The notes beneath the pieces were generated by a model. That model did no database searches, had not been told where the DNA came from, and saw nothing but the letters and a program-made list of their open reading frames with translations. Shown in pieces: positions 26,855 through 27,244 of a stretch of DNA of 27,244 nucleotides. Location: positions 1 through 27,244 of the forward strand of contig CAWDLW010000014.1 of NCBI GenBank assembly GCA_963803145.1. Direction: 5' to 3'. Source of the DNA: Methanotrichaceae archaeon. Its GTDB lineage: Archaea; Halobacteriota; Methanosarcinia; Methanotrichales; Methanotrichaceae. Numbering within the stretch: the stretch's first letter is position 1; every line of letters starts with the position of its first letter. The position numbers and the translations under genes are program-made.

Positions 26855-27244
26855 TTACGGTATTTTAAGGGTGTTGTTTTTATAAATCGATCCTCCACCA
26901 GCCAACACTTTGGTGATGTTATTGTCCGGCGGCAGAGGCAGCCTGGTTACTCCAGTCTTGATCTCATCCAGCGGGTTCATTGTGGGATAATCTCCGCATG
27001 CGGGGAAGTCAGTTCCTATAGCAATAATAGCCCCACTATCAATGAAACTCTTCATGGGCATCATGTGTTCGGCCCTTTCAGGCCCGAGGTAAGCGAGATT
27101 ATTCTTCTAGAAGGTCGCGTCGTAGTAGAACCAGTTGGGCGACGGCACTGGAATGACGCCCAGATCAGATCCTTGAAGCCGACAGGTCCTGAGGCGATAC
27201 AACAACGACATGAGCTATCTTATGCCTGGAGTCTCTCTTGCCAT
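26855..27244 (-). pseudogene. Amidohydrolase-3 (YtcJ-like) pseudogene, C-terminal part
   Basis: RDSRHKIAH, DLGVIP, LGPERA, IGTDFP, NPLDEIKTGVTR; frameshifts, a 5-bp duplication at 27161-27170 and in-frame TAG at 27107-27109. Confidence 0.85.

Noticed and set aside
27107-27109. In-frame TAG as a pyrrolysine codon
   Set aside because: The same gene has frameshifts and a deletion, so a nonsense mutation is simpler; no pyl genes in the window.

Overview
A 27-kb window from a methanogenic archaeon. Gene content and lineage-typical secreted proteins suggest Methanosarcinales/Methanotrichales (Methanothrix-like); this is inference. Core-like genes are tRNA-Glu(CTC), tRNA-Val(TAC), nth, an MgtC/DUF4010 protein, an FBPase/IMPase plus NAD kinase pair, and a coenzyme M-linked operon (cysteate synthase, orphan ABC ATPase, HypB/UreG-like GTPase, Fe-S protein) divergent from an HTH regulator. 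These alternate with AT-rich accessory patches holding ORFans, gene relics (PolB, sodium:solute symporter, amidohydrolase), two stand-alone receivers, a CatB-like acetyltransferase, truD and a complete IS630 element. The main observations are five. (1) A 93-nt four-way-junction, tRNA-like candidate ncRNA at 1500-1592 has its own well-placed TATA box. (2) An uncharacterised ATPase/GTPase/Fe-S cassette is coupled to cysteate synthase. (3) The IS630 split the signal peptide of a 30-bp-repeat, Cys-heptad coiled-coil protein, yet its right end supplies an in-frame substitute N-terminus. (4) The IS transposase ORFs join in the +1 frame at T6A6. (5) Endonuclease III has a natural Cys-to-His change at an Fe-S ligand position. 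All calls come from reading the sequence; no searches were run.
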